A stretch of DNA of 63,976 nt, counting the filler, from Catajapyx aquilonaris (lineage: Eukaryota), in assembly GCA_000934665.2 (NCBI GenBank). It is 2 parts of 2 records of this genome, joined end to end, with 100 filler letters (N's around TTAATTAATTAA, not from the genome) between each part and the next. Parts side by side here need not be neighbours in the genome. Positions count along the whole stretch, not along the records: positions 32,040 to 63,976 come from KZ539152.1; 1 more part is not named here. The stretch is one strand, 5' to 3'. The position numbers and the translations under genes are program-made. Positions 32,040 to 44,700 of the stretch are shown here, one piece after another. The notes beneath the pieces are model-generated. The model ran no database searches, was not told the DNA's origin, and worked only from the letters and a program-made list of their open reading frames with translations. Positions within the stretch are counted from its first letter, which is position 1. Each line of letters starts with the position of its first letter.

Positions 32040-33833
32040 AAGAGCAGTAATGAGGCGAATCTTGATAGATGGCATTACATGCTCCTTCTCTAAGAGCCTG
32101 GACCTGAACGCTACCTGCTATCTGACGGTGAAAATATGCACTGCATGGACAAACTGTTTTGCCAGGATCGCGAAAAACCTATGCGAAAACTATTCACCTA
32201 ATTACGGGCCAGACTGGTCGGATCAATAAAAAGAGTCGCGACGACTCACACGACTGGGGGGAAGGGGGGATGCATGAGAGGTGGGGTGGTGGATATGCGG
32301 GTTTGGGGTTGAGTGAGCTAGACTGTTGCCGCTTCTCCCAACAGGGCCAATAACCTGGCCTCATACTATAGGGAGCTATAGGTATTTTGTCTACTACGAC
32401 GACTACAACTACGCTGCAACGGAAAGGGAAAGTCGCCTGCAGAACGATGACCTAGTCGTCGAATAGAATCACTCCGACGTGTGAAGCAATACCGTCAATG
32501 CAAGAATAGATGACAGCACTCCAATTAATTACAGCAGGTAGCACGGTCAGTTTTACGACGACGTTAGGTTCCAGCAAAAATGGAAAGTAAAACGAGTCAT
32601 ATTATTTTGATATCGATACACCCAATCACGCACCCCGCATTTGCCAGCCATTGGCACCACGAAAAACAAAACAAAACCGCCTATAGGCCTACTCTAGTGT
32701 CTATGAACTCACTGGATCAGAGGTGTTGCAGGGATGTTTGGATTTTTTGACACAATTTTTATTTAAAAGGTAATGGATAGTTTTATTAATGTGAAACTTC
32801 GTAAAACGGAGCCTACCTCACTACCTGTACTTAATTGAAGATCACAATTCAGTAGGGCCCATAATATTATGATATACACATTATTCGCTTCGGAGTAATA
32901 TATTACACGTTATAGGCTATTTAATTAAATTTAATGTGTTTTTGGTCTGCCATGCCATCTGTGTAGGCCTACATTATAAAGTAGCGGCCATTTTTGACCG
33001 CTTCCCTAGGGCAGGTCAAAGATTTTTTGATGACATATAGACCCACACCAAGTCTACTTTATTTTCCACTAGGTTTAGCACTGCTCCTCAGAGGGGAACG
33101 TTCTAATTGGTAAAGTAATGCATCTCCTTTAGAAGTAGCGCTAAGACTAAAATGAGTAAAATCACGTCGAGCTTAAAAATCATAACTATTTTTAAATTGC
33201 GAGTCACTTGTAGTGTACATTATACAGTAGGCCTATTTGCGCTTTTCAAAAGTGAGAATGACGTTTGTCACTAGTATTGATCAATCGCGCTTTGTTAAAT
33301 CGCTGGTTAGAAGCCTTTTTCAGGTATTACTATAGTAACATTTCGGCTCTTCTTGCATTTTATACCAGAGGAAGTACGATATGCCATAAAAGTATTTCCG
33401 TAAAAATTGATAGGTGGGCTTTTATTGCATTATTGTGATCTTCAATTATGTCCAGAGAAAGGCAATGCCTACTGTAACACCTTGCCGCCAGTAATATGCC
33501 TCCTCTTATATCAGAATTGGCCACAATAAATTACGTACGCCACTAATTATTTTATTTGTGTCAGCAATAAACGTTTTTTTTTTCTAAATACATACTAACC
33601 CACGTCACTAAACCACAATTAATTTCTTGACATCAGTTACCCGACGTGGGTCAAAAAATTATGCAACAACCCCCAGGTCACTCGACCGCATTTAGCAACC
33701 GAAGTCAAATCGAGCAAGGAAGCAACCCTTATCACCACTTGGCCATCGTTCAAGGAGCAAGCTGACAAGCAATCAGAATAGATTCTTGTTCTAGGATAGA
33801 TCTGTTGCCAACCAAGAAAAATGCCCCCTTAAA

Positions 33834-34155
33834 ATTTAGCGCGGGAGATTTTCCCGCGTAAAAAGGACCTACGCATGCGCAAGTGTTGGGAACCATGGAA
33901 GGGGGGGTTGGATCGGTTGGCATTCATTGAGGGCTGTTGACCTTCGTAGTAAGGGGAGAGCGAGTCGGGAGAGAAAGACGCGTCTTTTTAGCCCGCCCCA
34001 CCACCACACACAGCCCACCCTCAGCATATCTGGAACTACTGGAAGAACAGAGGCTCAGTAGAGGCCCAGACTTCATTTGGGAAGACTCGTGTCATCCTGC
34101 AGCACCGCCTGTCACACACGTGTCAACCCAGGGGACAGCAGCCTACTTCAGACAG
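33834..34155 (+). promoter_or_regulatory. Probable promoter and non-coding first exon of the pinocchio-like gene
   Basis: CpG-rich. Hairpin-like GCGGGAGATTTTCCCGC containing E2F-type TTTCCCGC, NRF1/EWG-like ACGCATGCGCA (~33871), GC box GCCCGCCC (33991), donor CAG|GTGAGG at 34155/34156. Confidence 0.55.
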
Positions 34156-35709
34156 GTGAGGGGTGTTTACACTAGACGGTTGTTGACCGGGTTTGGCTGC
34201 TTGGTATCCCCCGGAACGGGGACGCTTCCGGTACCTATAGATGCATGGGGGGGNGGGGGGGCATTTCCGGTTGATGCTCTACACTCGAGGTTGATGTTTA
34301 CATTGCTCCGTGTAAATGATGTCAGTCGCTTGAATGAGGTGGTTAGCAGAGCGTTTGGGTTGACCCATACCGACGGTTCTCGGTATGGGGATGTTGGTAG
34401 GCCACGTATGCAACTGTACTTACATACCGATGCTGGACACTGTGGCCGATGTTTGTGTTGACAGTGGAATGTAGTTTTTTTTGTGTGAGAGACCGCAGCA
34501 TACCAGAGTGGTAGTGTCACTGTGTTGTGGCTATTTGCGACCTTGGGCCTAATTTTACAACGTTAAAAACTGCATAGTATTAATTTTTTCCAGGCGAAAA
34601 GTTGAAAGTACAGCGGTTGTTTCAACAGTATCTGAAGCATGACGTCCGTGAAACATAATACAGTACGCATATTGTAGATATTCAAACTCTCTTTAAAGTG
34701 ATAACATTTCGCAGGTCTCATGCTGGTTTTGCAGGTCATAGCAATGAAGCAATTCTGAAAAATAAAGTGAGGTGAACGCGCATATGACGTAAGTAACGGG
34801 CCTTTGATGCAATGCAAGTCTTGCCCCCGTACATTCAAGCTATCTCTCGCGTCAGGAAGACTCGGATAATTACCTGCTGTGCAGGTAAAGACGGGTATCT
34901 ACTGGCAAGGTCGTTCGTTTAAATATAGATACAGTAAGGCAGGGACAATTTATTTAGAAGGGCGTTTTTGATCGTGGTATGCGTACAACTCGGTTACTTT
35001 CACGCTGTGTCTACACCATTTTTCGATTTTCATGGCGTTACAAAAGAACTTGTGACGGCAGGATAGAGGGGTTGCATAAGGAAAAGGTGCAAGTCATAAT
35101 AATTTAGTGTAATCCTCAATCACGGTCGCGTGTAATTGCTGCAGGGAGGTAAAAAAAACCCTGAAGACAATTCAGGTGTCATAAAAAGAGCTGCAATATC
35201 CGTGGCCGTGACGGACAGCTGGATAAATTTGATTTAATAATGTGGGGTCTGTGAAGCATGTTGTGACAACCTGTACCAGTTGAGCGACTGTCCAACAAGG
35301 CATATTAATTATGACTGCCACCTTTTCAAAATTCACTATAGGGAATATTGGCAGAGTAATATGTCACCGTTGGTGTCCGTTTCGACCATGTCACACGTGT
35401 GCCAGAAGGTGTGTACTTGACACCATCACTTCCTCTCGTGTTCTCTTCGGCAGCCGTCTGTCTACACGAGCCACTTGCTTTCATGACTTAGACCTTGAGA
35501 CAAATGACCCCATCCAGGCACATACGTGACCTTGCCCTTCTCTTGCCTGGGCTTATCGGTCAAAACATGTGCAGCCTTTTGTCATGATTGCGGCCGGAAG
35601 CCCAATTTTCCAACTGTCTGAAAGTGCTTGGCGGTACGTTCACACGAAGGTCTTTTCTTTTTTATTTTTCATAGAAAAAGGAGCGCAGCTGGTGATAGAG
35701 CCCGTGAAG

Positions 35710-38700
35710 ATGATGGCGGATCCTTTGTCTTTTACCGACTACGAAGACGCCATTGCTTTCGACATGGATGACCCTGATTTCAACCGAGAGTCTGACCACT
35801 GGACGGGATATACCTGCCGTACCCGGCACCGTAAGTCACTGATGCTGCTACCTGGGCGTGTCCCTGCGATGTAGAAAACAAAATACCGATAGTTATCAGT
35901 GGGGGCCCTATTTCAGCCATGAAGGACCAGGCATATATGGAAGAACATGAAAAGCTACAATGGAAAGTTCCAAAGCTTTTTGACATACCAAAATTGATAA
36001 CATTCCGAGTGTAGTAATGCATGGCGGACATTTTCTGGGATGGTGATAGGATACAGGCGACATGTAAATGACGCAAATTTTCAGCTGGCGGAATACGTGG
36101 AAACCTGTAAACAACATACGCTGACTTCCTCGAAAGTCAGAATAATCTGGTATTAGTAGCAACATACCGACTACTACTAGAGTTAAGCACATTGTAGGTG
36201 ACAACATCGGTTACCACGGTGTCTCTTGCATTGCTTCATGTGGACTGTAAAAGACTAATAAAACGGATGCAGTAACCGGTCTTGGGAGATGTGCCTGCTT
36301 AGTACATTCGGCCTCGTATTGCACTTATGTTAGCAACTGCAATATCATCTGCGTGTGTCCAATGATTGCCTGCAAATTAACAACTCGTACGTAAGTCACG
36401 GAAATGTTGCGGTGGTGTAATGTCTTTCCCACGTCTGTATAAGGATAGTGGTGGAAAGTTAACTTTTTGCCCTTTACATAACTTTTTCCTTGTAGACTAG
36501 AGTACAAACGTGTTTACCTATGCAAATAAGTGACCGTATGTGATATGCATATAATTGCATTGTTTTTATGGGCAGTAATGTACAGTTTCTTCGGAGAAAA
36601 ATGTGACCGTGATGAAATGTGCCGCAAGGTACTGTCAAGAAAATATCGTTGTAACACGTGTGTATACTTGAGTGTCATGGTTTGGACAGGTGACATCCGC
36701 ATTATGTCAAATGGTGTTGTAATATTGCATTGTTACAAAATTACAATTTACATAAAAGAAGTGACTTCCGGGCATGTGTCGTTGTTTGTCAGCGTCTGCT
36801 TAGTCGAATTGGTTTTATTTGACAAGCGAGGTCTCTAAACGGATCTATGATTTGTGTGCCTTGGGCTGCCGGAATGCTTTATTAATGCATGGTATTGTGC
36901 TCTTTATACCTCAGGTAGTGGGCATAAATTAACAGTTCATATTATGCTGCATTTCTGACATTTTAATCGAGGCTGTTATTCCTGACATACTCTCATTATG
37001 CAATAGCACACCGCTACACAACAAAATATATTACACTGAATAGTCGAAACCTGTCTATTATTATGGATGATACATACGCTGCAGCTACTTAATTAGTGTA
37101 ACATTATTTTTTCACTTTCGGGTTACGCAGAGGTGAAGCTGTAATATGATTACGCAAAGGCATGATTTATGGCTTTCCGTTGGCATTATAGAAATAACCA
37201 GTCATGGCTGGGCATTTTCCGGGACTATTCCCTTATTTTACAACAAAATAGCAAAAAGCCTATCACGTGAAACATAAATGCTCTCTTTGTTCATAAGGTG
37301 CGGCAGTGTTGCCGTACATTTTTGCGCTTCACAGAGAATGAAAGCTATGGCCTCATTAATAAGTCCCAATCGGATTAAGCTGGATTAGCGTTCAGGCTGA
37401 TTAAATGGAAATGGTGGTTAGGAGAAAAAAAATGAGGATTTCCCTCCCCGTGCATCGCCTTGTGGAATGAGCAACGGTGATCCCGGAAATAGCAGCTGGT
37501 GAAAACAGCGCCGGTAGGGTATTTGGCGCAGGAACAAGGACGCCAACAGGAGCCAAAAAGCATGAGGCACCTCTCGTCTTATTGGCGCCACAATCCCCAA
37601 CACAATGTTTGTTTGCCTACAAATTGTCCTTGCCGAAATAGTCTGCACAGCCAGATTTTTTTAACCCCCCCTTTTCCTGGTGCGTTATGCGAAACCTACT
37701 TTTCCTTCCGGGGAAACATTGCCTGGAAAAACGCTGGCGATTCAAAGCGCTCGCCGGTAATAATAGACGCGGTTTAACAGCGATGCCGGCGAACTCGCAC
37801 AAGGATAACCGATGTATCTGGACATGCCAGCAGGTGTCGGTACATGTACTGTGTCGGAAACGGTTCGGTTTGGCGCTTCACGATCTGTGTAAAATAATTT
37901 TTAAAAAGCTGAAGTTAGTGCTGATAGGGCAAAAAAAACAAAAAAAATGCAGAAGTACCAACCAGGACAGTTTCAGCCAGTATGATACCTAATCTCCATG
38001 TCATGCAAAGATTTTTGGGGGGCCGGAAGATGCATATAATTATACGTAACATATCAGGAGACGAAGACCTCTCAAGCATCTAGGTTCTAGGAGATAGGAA
38101 AAGTGAGAGCAAAAAGTGCGGTAAAAGGTTGTGAAAGCGTGATAGGAGGGTGTAGCATTTCATATTGGTTTATCGCCACGAGCCGAGACGCACACGACCC
38201 ATTGTCCCTCAGCTGCCTGGTTTCCAATGGCCAACCTCGAACTTTGACCTCCAGGCAACAGACCTTTTCAGGGCTGTCTTCGTGCAATACGAGAGTCTTC
38301 ATTGTCAGTCTGTCCAGAAACATGGCCTAAGGGCGTATCATTGAGCAGAAGTAATGATATGTTGTTGCTCATTTGCGATTTGCTGTTGTGGTGATTGGTA
38401 GTTTCTGGTTTTAACTATTATTCAAGATTCTAAAAAGTCTAGTTCTCTTACTTGACCTGAGAGAAGGTCACAAAAATACATGCCATACTTTTTAAACGGA
38501 TAGTAAATTCATTATATTGGAGGGTGGGAGTGGCCATGTAAAATTGTTCGTTATGCAGGAAGCGAAATTATAGCCCACCTAATTAAACATTTTATTGTTC
38601 TTTGGAAACGTGTGAGTATTTCAGTGGATAAAAGAATTACACACCAGTTCACGCCCGAGAATTGTGTAATTTGACTAACTTCCTTTTTGATCCTAAATAA

Positions 38701-41700
38701 CTTGAGCACGACGCCGGCTGCATTTCCGTCGTCACTGTTTTACGCCCAAAATAATAGGTACACCTATGATAAAGTATACGACATTTCTGTACCGTATATA
38801 TACATATGCATGTTGTATCATTGGTGCAACTCGGGAGAAACGTGTTATTCCTGGAACTCCTTCCGGGTTTAATTTTAGTTGCCGGAGATTAAATGTGGTT
38901 GTTTTTTGTTGTTTATTTATCCTCGGTTATGGTCACGCACACCAAATTATTGGTTAGGGGGATTCCCTGGTCGAGTTGATGAAACGGGATTTTCCTTTGT
39001 CTTGTCTAATTTGATCTCGCAAATAGCGTGCTAACCAGGATTCAAATTAATTCCGGTTTCATTGACAATACCCAGTTCTTGGAAACGAGAAGTGATTGTC
39101 ACCATGCTTCCGATGCCGCAAATAGCTGACAGCCAGATGCATATTGACGGAACATCACGAGCTGTGTACAGGGCAGCACAGAAGGTGTTGGCAAAGTGAC
39201 AGCCCGCCTTTATTGACATATTGCGCGTTATATAAGCAGCATCTTAATCAGTGTATATTGGTAAGTCCAAAGTTAGCTCACTTAAAAGTTTTTTCCGCCT
39301 CTTGTACACAACTGATGTTACCAAGTGAGGGACGATTACGACAGCCTGCCGGGGAGGACTCCAGCCCAATAGATGACATCCGATTATTGACCTTGAGGTT
39401 GGTTGAAAGGGATTATTGCGCCACATATACACTCGCATTATTGTTCGAGGCAGTAATTGGGGTCAAAAAGATCAAGTTTAATTTTTAGCATTCATGGTTG
39501 CAAATGATGCGACCTATCGCAAAGTCGTGAACTCTTGAAGCCGATTATACGATAGTATACTCTCATTAATGACGTTTAGTGATGCAAGTAGTGTCATTTT
39601 CATGTGATCTACGATCGACCCTGGAAGATGTCTGCATCATTATCATAATGATGAAATGTGTGATTATTATAATCGGATTTGGGGTTAAGAAAATTATTGT
39701 CATGTACAGCAGCAACTTATTGGAAATACGCTTTGGTGGTTGTACAGATAATTTAATTTATGTACTGGCTACAAGCTTGGTAGGCAATATACGACATCAG
39801 GAAGGTAGTCATCAAACTAGTCTGTTATTTTGCCACCATGTGAGTTAATGAGCCAACCGCGTGTTTGTACATTCATCGTATGATTGATATAAACATACAC
39901 ACTAAAACAATGTGATTGATGCCATATTTCCATCGTAAAAAAATAAATAATGCAGGAGTTGACACGCAGCCGTTGCCCTATTGCGAATTGCTTCATCATA
40001 ACCACCATAAATATAACATAACATAACAATAACATCCTCGGGTCTTGAATGGCAATACTCTTGCACATATACACACATTGTGACACTTCATTCTTTCAAG
40101 CCAATGCAATGCAATTATTCACATTTACGATCTTGTTTTCCTTCGTATATTCTGCTTACATCGGTATACGTTCATTATATTGAGCTACCCTCCACCCCCT
40201 CCTTCCTTGACTGTAACCCCTTCCCCTTTCTTATCGGCAGTTACGACATAACGACATTGATAAATTTCAGGGTGTGCAATGTGTGGGAGGTAGGGAGGTT
40301 GATAATGTTAACTAAGTGGTCAGACTTGCCCTACCCTGATGCAAACCAGGCCTGTGTTTCCAGGACACCACACTTTCTCCTACATAGGCCTATATTCCAT
40401 GTTTACAAACCCATACTGGGGTTTCCCTTTTGGACAACTTTGATATCACGTGCACGATGTGTGCTAAACTTTTTTGTGCGCAAAAAATAATGCAGGAATG
40501 CTGGTCAGATAGGTTGAGTTGGCTTTTCCACCCCCCCCCCCCCCAAAAAAAAAAAGTTTATTTCTGGTAGATGTGAAACCTATAGAGATATGTAACGGGG
40601 GTCGTCGATCTATGAGAGGAGATAGGATATCTTCGGGTGACTGAAGTTGAGGGTCGTCTGTTGGGTCACCCTCATCGGTGACGTGAGAACACTGTGGCCT
40701 CACATTCACCAGTCGTCAGTGGTGCAGGCAACCAGCCTTCACCCCAAAACAGGCAACAACAAACAAAAATTCATAACCGTGACTCTGGTGGCGAATTTCA
40801 CCTCGACATCAGGAGAAAATTCATCTTGGGAATAGGAACAGCTGAGAGGAGGGGGGGGGGGGGCGGACAATCCGCCAGATTTACGACTTTAGGCCTCTCC
40901 AGGTTTTTTCTACGTCTGGCTAAGAAGGAGGTCACTGAAAGAAAGAGGATGGCTATGATGCAAAAGGGACGGAAAATGGACGTTTTCACCAATTTGATTT
41001 TCAAACAATGAACAGCTCGTATTACAACAGTCGCACGGGCAATTTAACATTCATGACAAGGGAACAAACGGTAGATGTTTTTATCGGAGGATAATTGTGA
41101 CCAGAACAATATTAATCGTCATAATACGCGTGTGAAAAGAAATCATTGTGTTCCTTGACCCATTACGAGTGAATGGACTTGACATTCGCCCATAGTTCTT
41201 TTTCAAAATAGAACTCCGTAGCGAAATAGGTGAATTTCGTCAGTGACTGGCAAGGCCAGTACAGTAACCAGAGCAGTCAAGGTTAAAATATATTGATGAG
41301 GCTAATTATACTGAAAGTTCCTGCGCAATTGAGCAGTAATGTAAATGCGTTGTTCCTTATAGTATAGCAGAGACATTGGTCATCAATGTCCGATGTGTCG
41401 CTTCATAAATGGGCCTTTTATTATTGACAGCAAGTTGTTATATGTAATTACAATTTGCAAGACAGGGAAACTTATTTTTGCCATATTGATCCCAGATATA
41501 CCTGTATTGAAATCGTTACTGATCATGCTATTACTCTGTGGAATGCTTTTTGTTTGCACTAATAATCGCATGTCCTATATTTTCTCTCAGATTAATAAAC
41601 ATCCGCATTCGCGTTTGGCGGTATCAGATGAAGCTCTTGGCATTCCTGAGTCGTGGTAAGAATAACAAAATTTATAGCGAAGGAAAAAAAAAATGTTCCG

Positions 41701-44700
41701 AGTTACAAACCTGAGACAAAGCCTAGTGTTCTAATTATAATGGCTCTTTGAAGGAATGTCTCCTTGTTGCCGCTGTTGAAGAATCTCAGAATCCAATTCT
41801 CCCAACGCTGCTTATAGAGTTTCACCCTGGAATATTTTCCGAAGCACGTAACCAAACTGGTAGCTATAGAACATAATATAGATGCTAGTCAAAACATGAT
41901 TTGTTAAAAATTAATATATATTTTTCTTTATCACCTGCATTGACATGCGCAAAGAAATCACTCTCAGTTTAAGTAATTATGTATTCAAATAATTATATAA
42001 TGTTTATGTAACAATTGAATGTGGCTTCTTGCATAATTTAATCAGATTAATGCGGTGGATCTTGTAGTCGATTTTTATCACACGTATTGTTTGACAGATC
42101 CGGACCAATACTGTGTTATTCCGTAGATGACACGTTCGTGCAAAAGTGAACCATTGACATTTGAGGAACGACCTTTGCGTCGGAGAGAGTATTTTTGCAT
42201 ACTGAATTGAGCACCCCCACACACAAACCCACGCATTTTCGCAACCTTGAATGGATCTAGTTAGTCTACTTCCTATGCGAAACCTGCACCCACGCTGGCA
42301 GGCATATTTGTGAAATACAACGCCGTAGCCTCTATATATTAATAAAAATTGCTTTTTAGCCCATTCTAAAAACATTGTTCAAGGGCTTGCAATATGAGCC
42401 GGGGATTTCCAATTGTCTTAAAATAGAATGGTGGACAAAAAAGTTGCCATACCAGCATACAAAGTGTAATGTGCCACCCTGACCTAGGATGTGCCCCCTT
42501 AGGTTTGTTATTGTCAAGCTTAAGAATTGTCGGGGATTCACTCGTCTGTTAAAAATAAACACTCACAAAAGAAAATAGTTGCACATGTATACCATGCAAG
42601 ATAATGACCTACCCGGCCGAGTGACCATCACTCACTATTTTCCGGCCTGCTACACACAAGTCATAACCGAAGGTCGCTTCAGGTCGCCTTCATATACTGC
42701 TCTTGCATAAAATAAGCTCTACTACGAAGGATGTGATAAAAATCCGCTGGTGACGAAAACGCAAAGAAAGACGGAAGCTTAACCTGCAGATGACCCCCCA
42801 CTTTTTAGTGCGTGTAGAACCCGCGGTCAGTGGTGTCAGCAAAGTGGGTTCTGTATGGGCAAGAGTGTGATTCAATGGGGATGATGGATAGAAAGTTGGA
42901 GATGGAGCGATAGCATAATGATCGGAGGGAAGACCTTGCAAGGGCCTTGCATCGCAGAAAGTTGGCGTAATCAAGGCAATTTGAGTTGCATTGGCCTTTT
43001 CCTTCACAGCCTTCCTCTTCCGGTCCTTTCCAAACGGAACGGACCCTGTAATGACTGTTTTCCCCTGCAGCAAATCGTGACATACAGCTAGTAGTTGGGA
43101 CTATAGTTATCGATGGGTGACTCAGCGGACCCTGTAACCCCGTAATTATACGTTGAGTGTGTTAATGCATGTTTGGGGTTACGCCGCAAATTTGTATTAC
43201 GCTGTACATTTGGTGCAACGAGTGCTGGTGTCCCAACTATTAAAACATTAACACAATAGAAAGGGTTTCAACATACCGGATGATGCATACTAGAGCAAGG
43301 ACCGCCCAGAATGATACTACGAGTATTTAAGACAATTGTTCTTATCACTATTGCACTAGAATAGGATACCCGACACGTTTTGCATATTGCTGGCTACCAG
43401 GCCAATTCACGTGAAAAAAAGCTGTATCGGGATGAAAATTTGACAGTTACACACAAAACAAGATTTTTGACGTTCCTATAGTACATCCCTGCTAAGAGTA
43501 ATAAAATTGACCTTCACCAACCAATTTTGAGCCCAAGCAAATGAGACATTTATAACTGCACTTGCAATTAAAGTCAACGGTATATCATCTCGGTGAGACA
43601 ATACCTGCTTTCACTTTTTCAAGCACGCATATGAACCATGGAATCATTTTAGCCCTCGTGAGAAAAAATTGCCTTGGCACCACTGTGTTATCAGCCAGTG
43701 AATGACACGTTGCGCATTTATTTTAGGGATGATCCACAGCTTTCGGTCGGATCAAGGTGCAGTGCAATGAACTCATGGCGGGTAATTGCACAGCCGAATG
43801 GCCTTCCCAGACCAAACGAGTCATGTGCAAACAAAGGAAATAATCACGCGGATATAAGCTATTTTCGAGAAGAATTAGCGGCTCACCTATATGCGTGTTA
43901 ACTTTCATTAATAGTGACCGAGTTGCACGTCATCAATATCGCATTTCTTTTGTAAATTAAGAGCAAATAAACCGGCAAGTGCGGATCGCACCTGATGTCG
44001 TGGCAGTATGTGAATGCACATTACCAGTGCGTTTACCTTTGCTAAACAACACGTGCAACATGATGTACGTGATGTTGATACGTTTGTAAATTGCTGATTA
44101 TGGTAAACGCCTCCGCATTTATCATAACATGCAACAGATATACGACACTTTGCAACTTGTTGATTCTGGAAGTATTATAGGGATCTAAGTCGAAGGATTA
44201 AAGGACAATGTTTCATACACTTCCAAAAAAATTTGCTGGCGCATTACTAATACTCCATAACTTCGTGGTAGGTGCATGATATTTGTAAATAAATAGTATA
44301 CAAGTTCCAAAGGGCTTATTGTGCAAATCCGTGTCACTATCATGTGCAGGATGGGGGGGGGGGGGGNNNNNNNNNGGGGGATTGTTTGGGTATACACTAA
44401 CCACATTTCCTGGGTTCCGGTTGTATTGCAACATGAAAGGTAATACGGGAGGTAACAATCGCGTGCTGCAAAGGTAACGTTCGGGGAGGATACACTGGAA
44501 AATGATAAGAAAAATTGTTGCATCACATGTACTCGTAGGCCTATAAAACTCTTCCACGTCTGAGAAAGGTGCACGAGGTGAAAACGTGGAAGATTTTTAT
44601 ATTCTAGCCGCATGCACCGTTACACAGGAGTGTTGTGCTTGTAGGCACACACAAATCCTGGATCAACACGGATAACTTGCGAAACCGATTTTAAAATCGG

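Noticed and set aside
32535..32827. Tigger-like MITE (CAGGTAG…CTACCTG) with a related fragment near 9384
   Set aside because: TIR match is too short and the left TA duplication is unclear, so boundaries cannot be supported.
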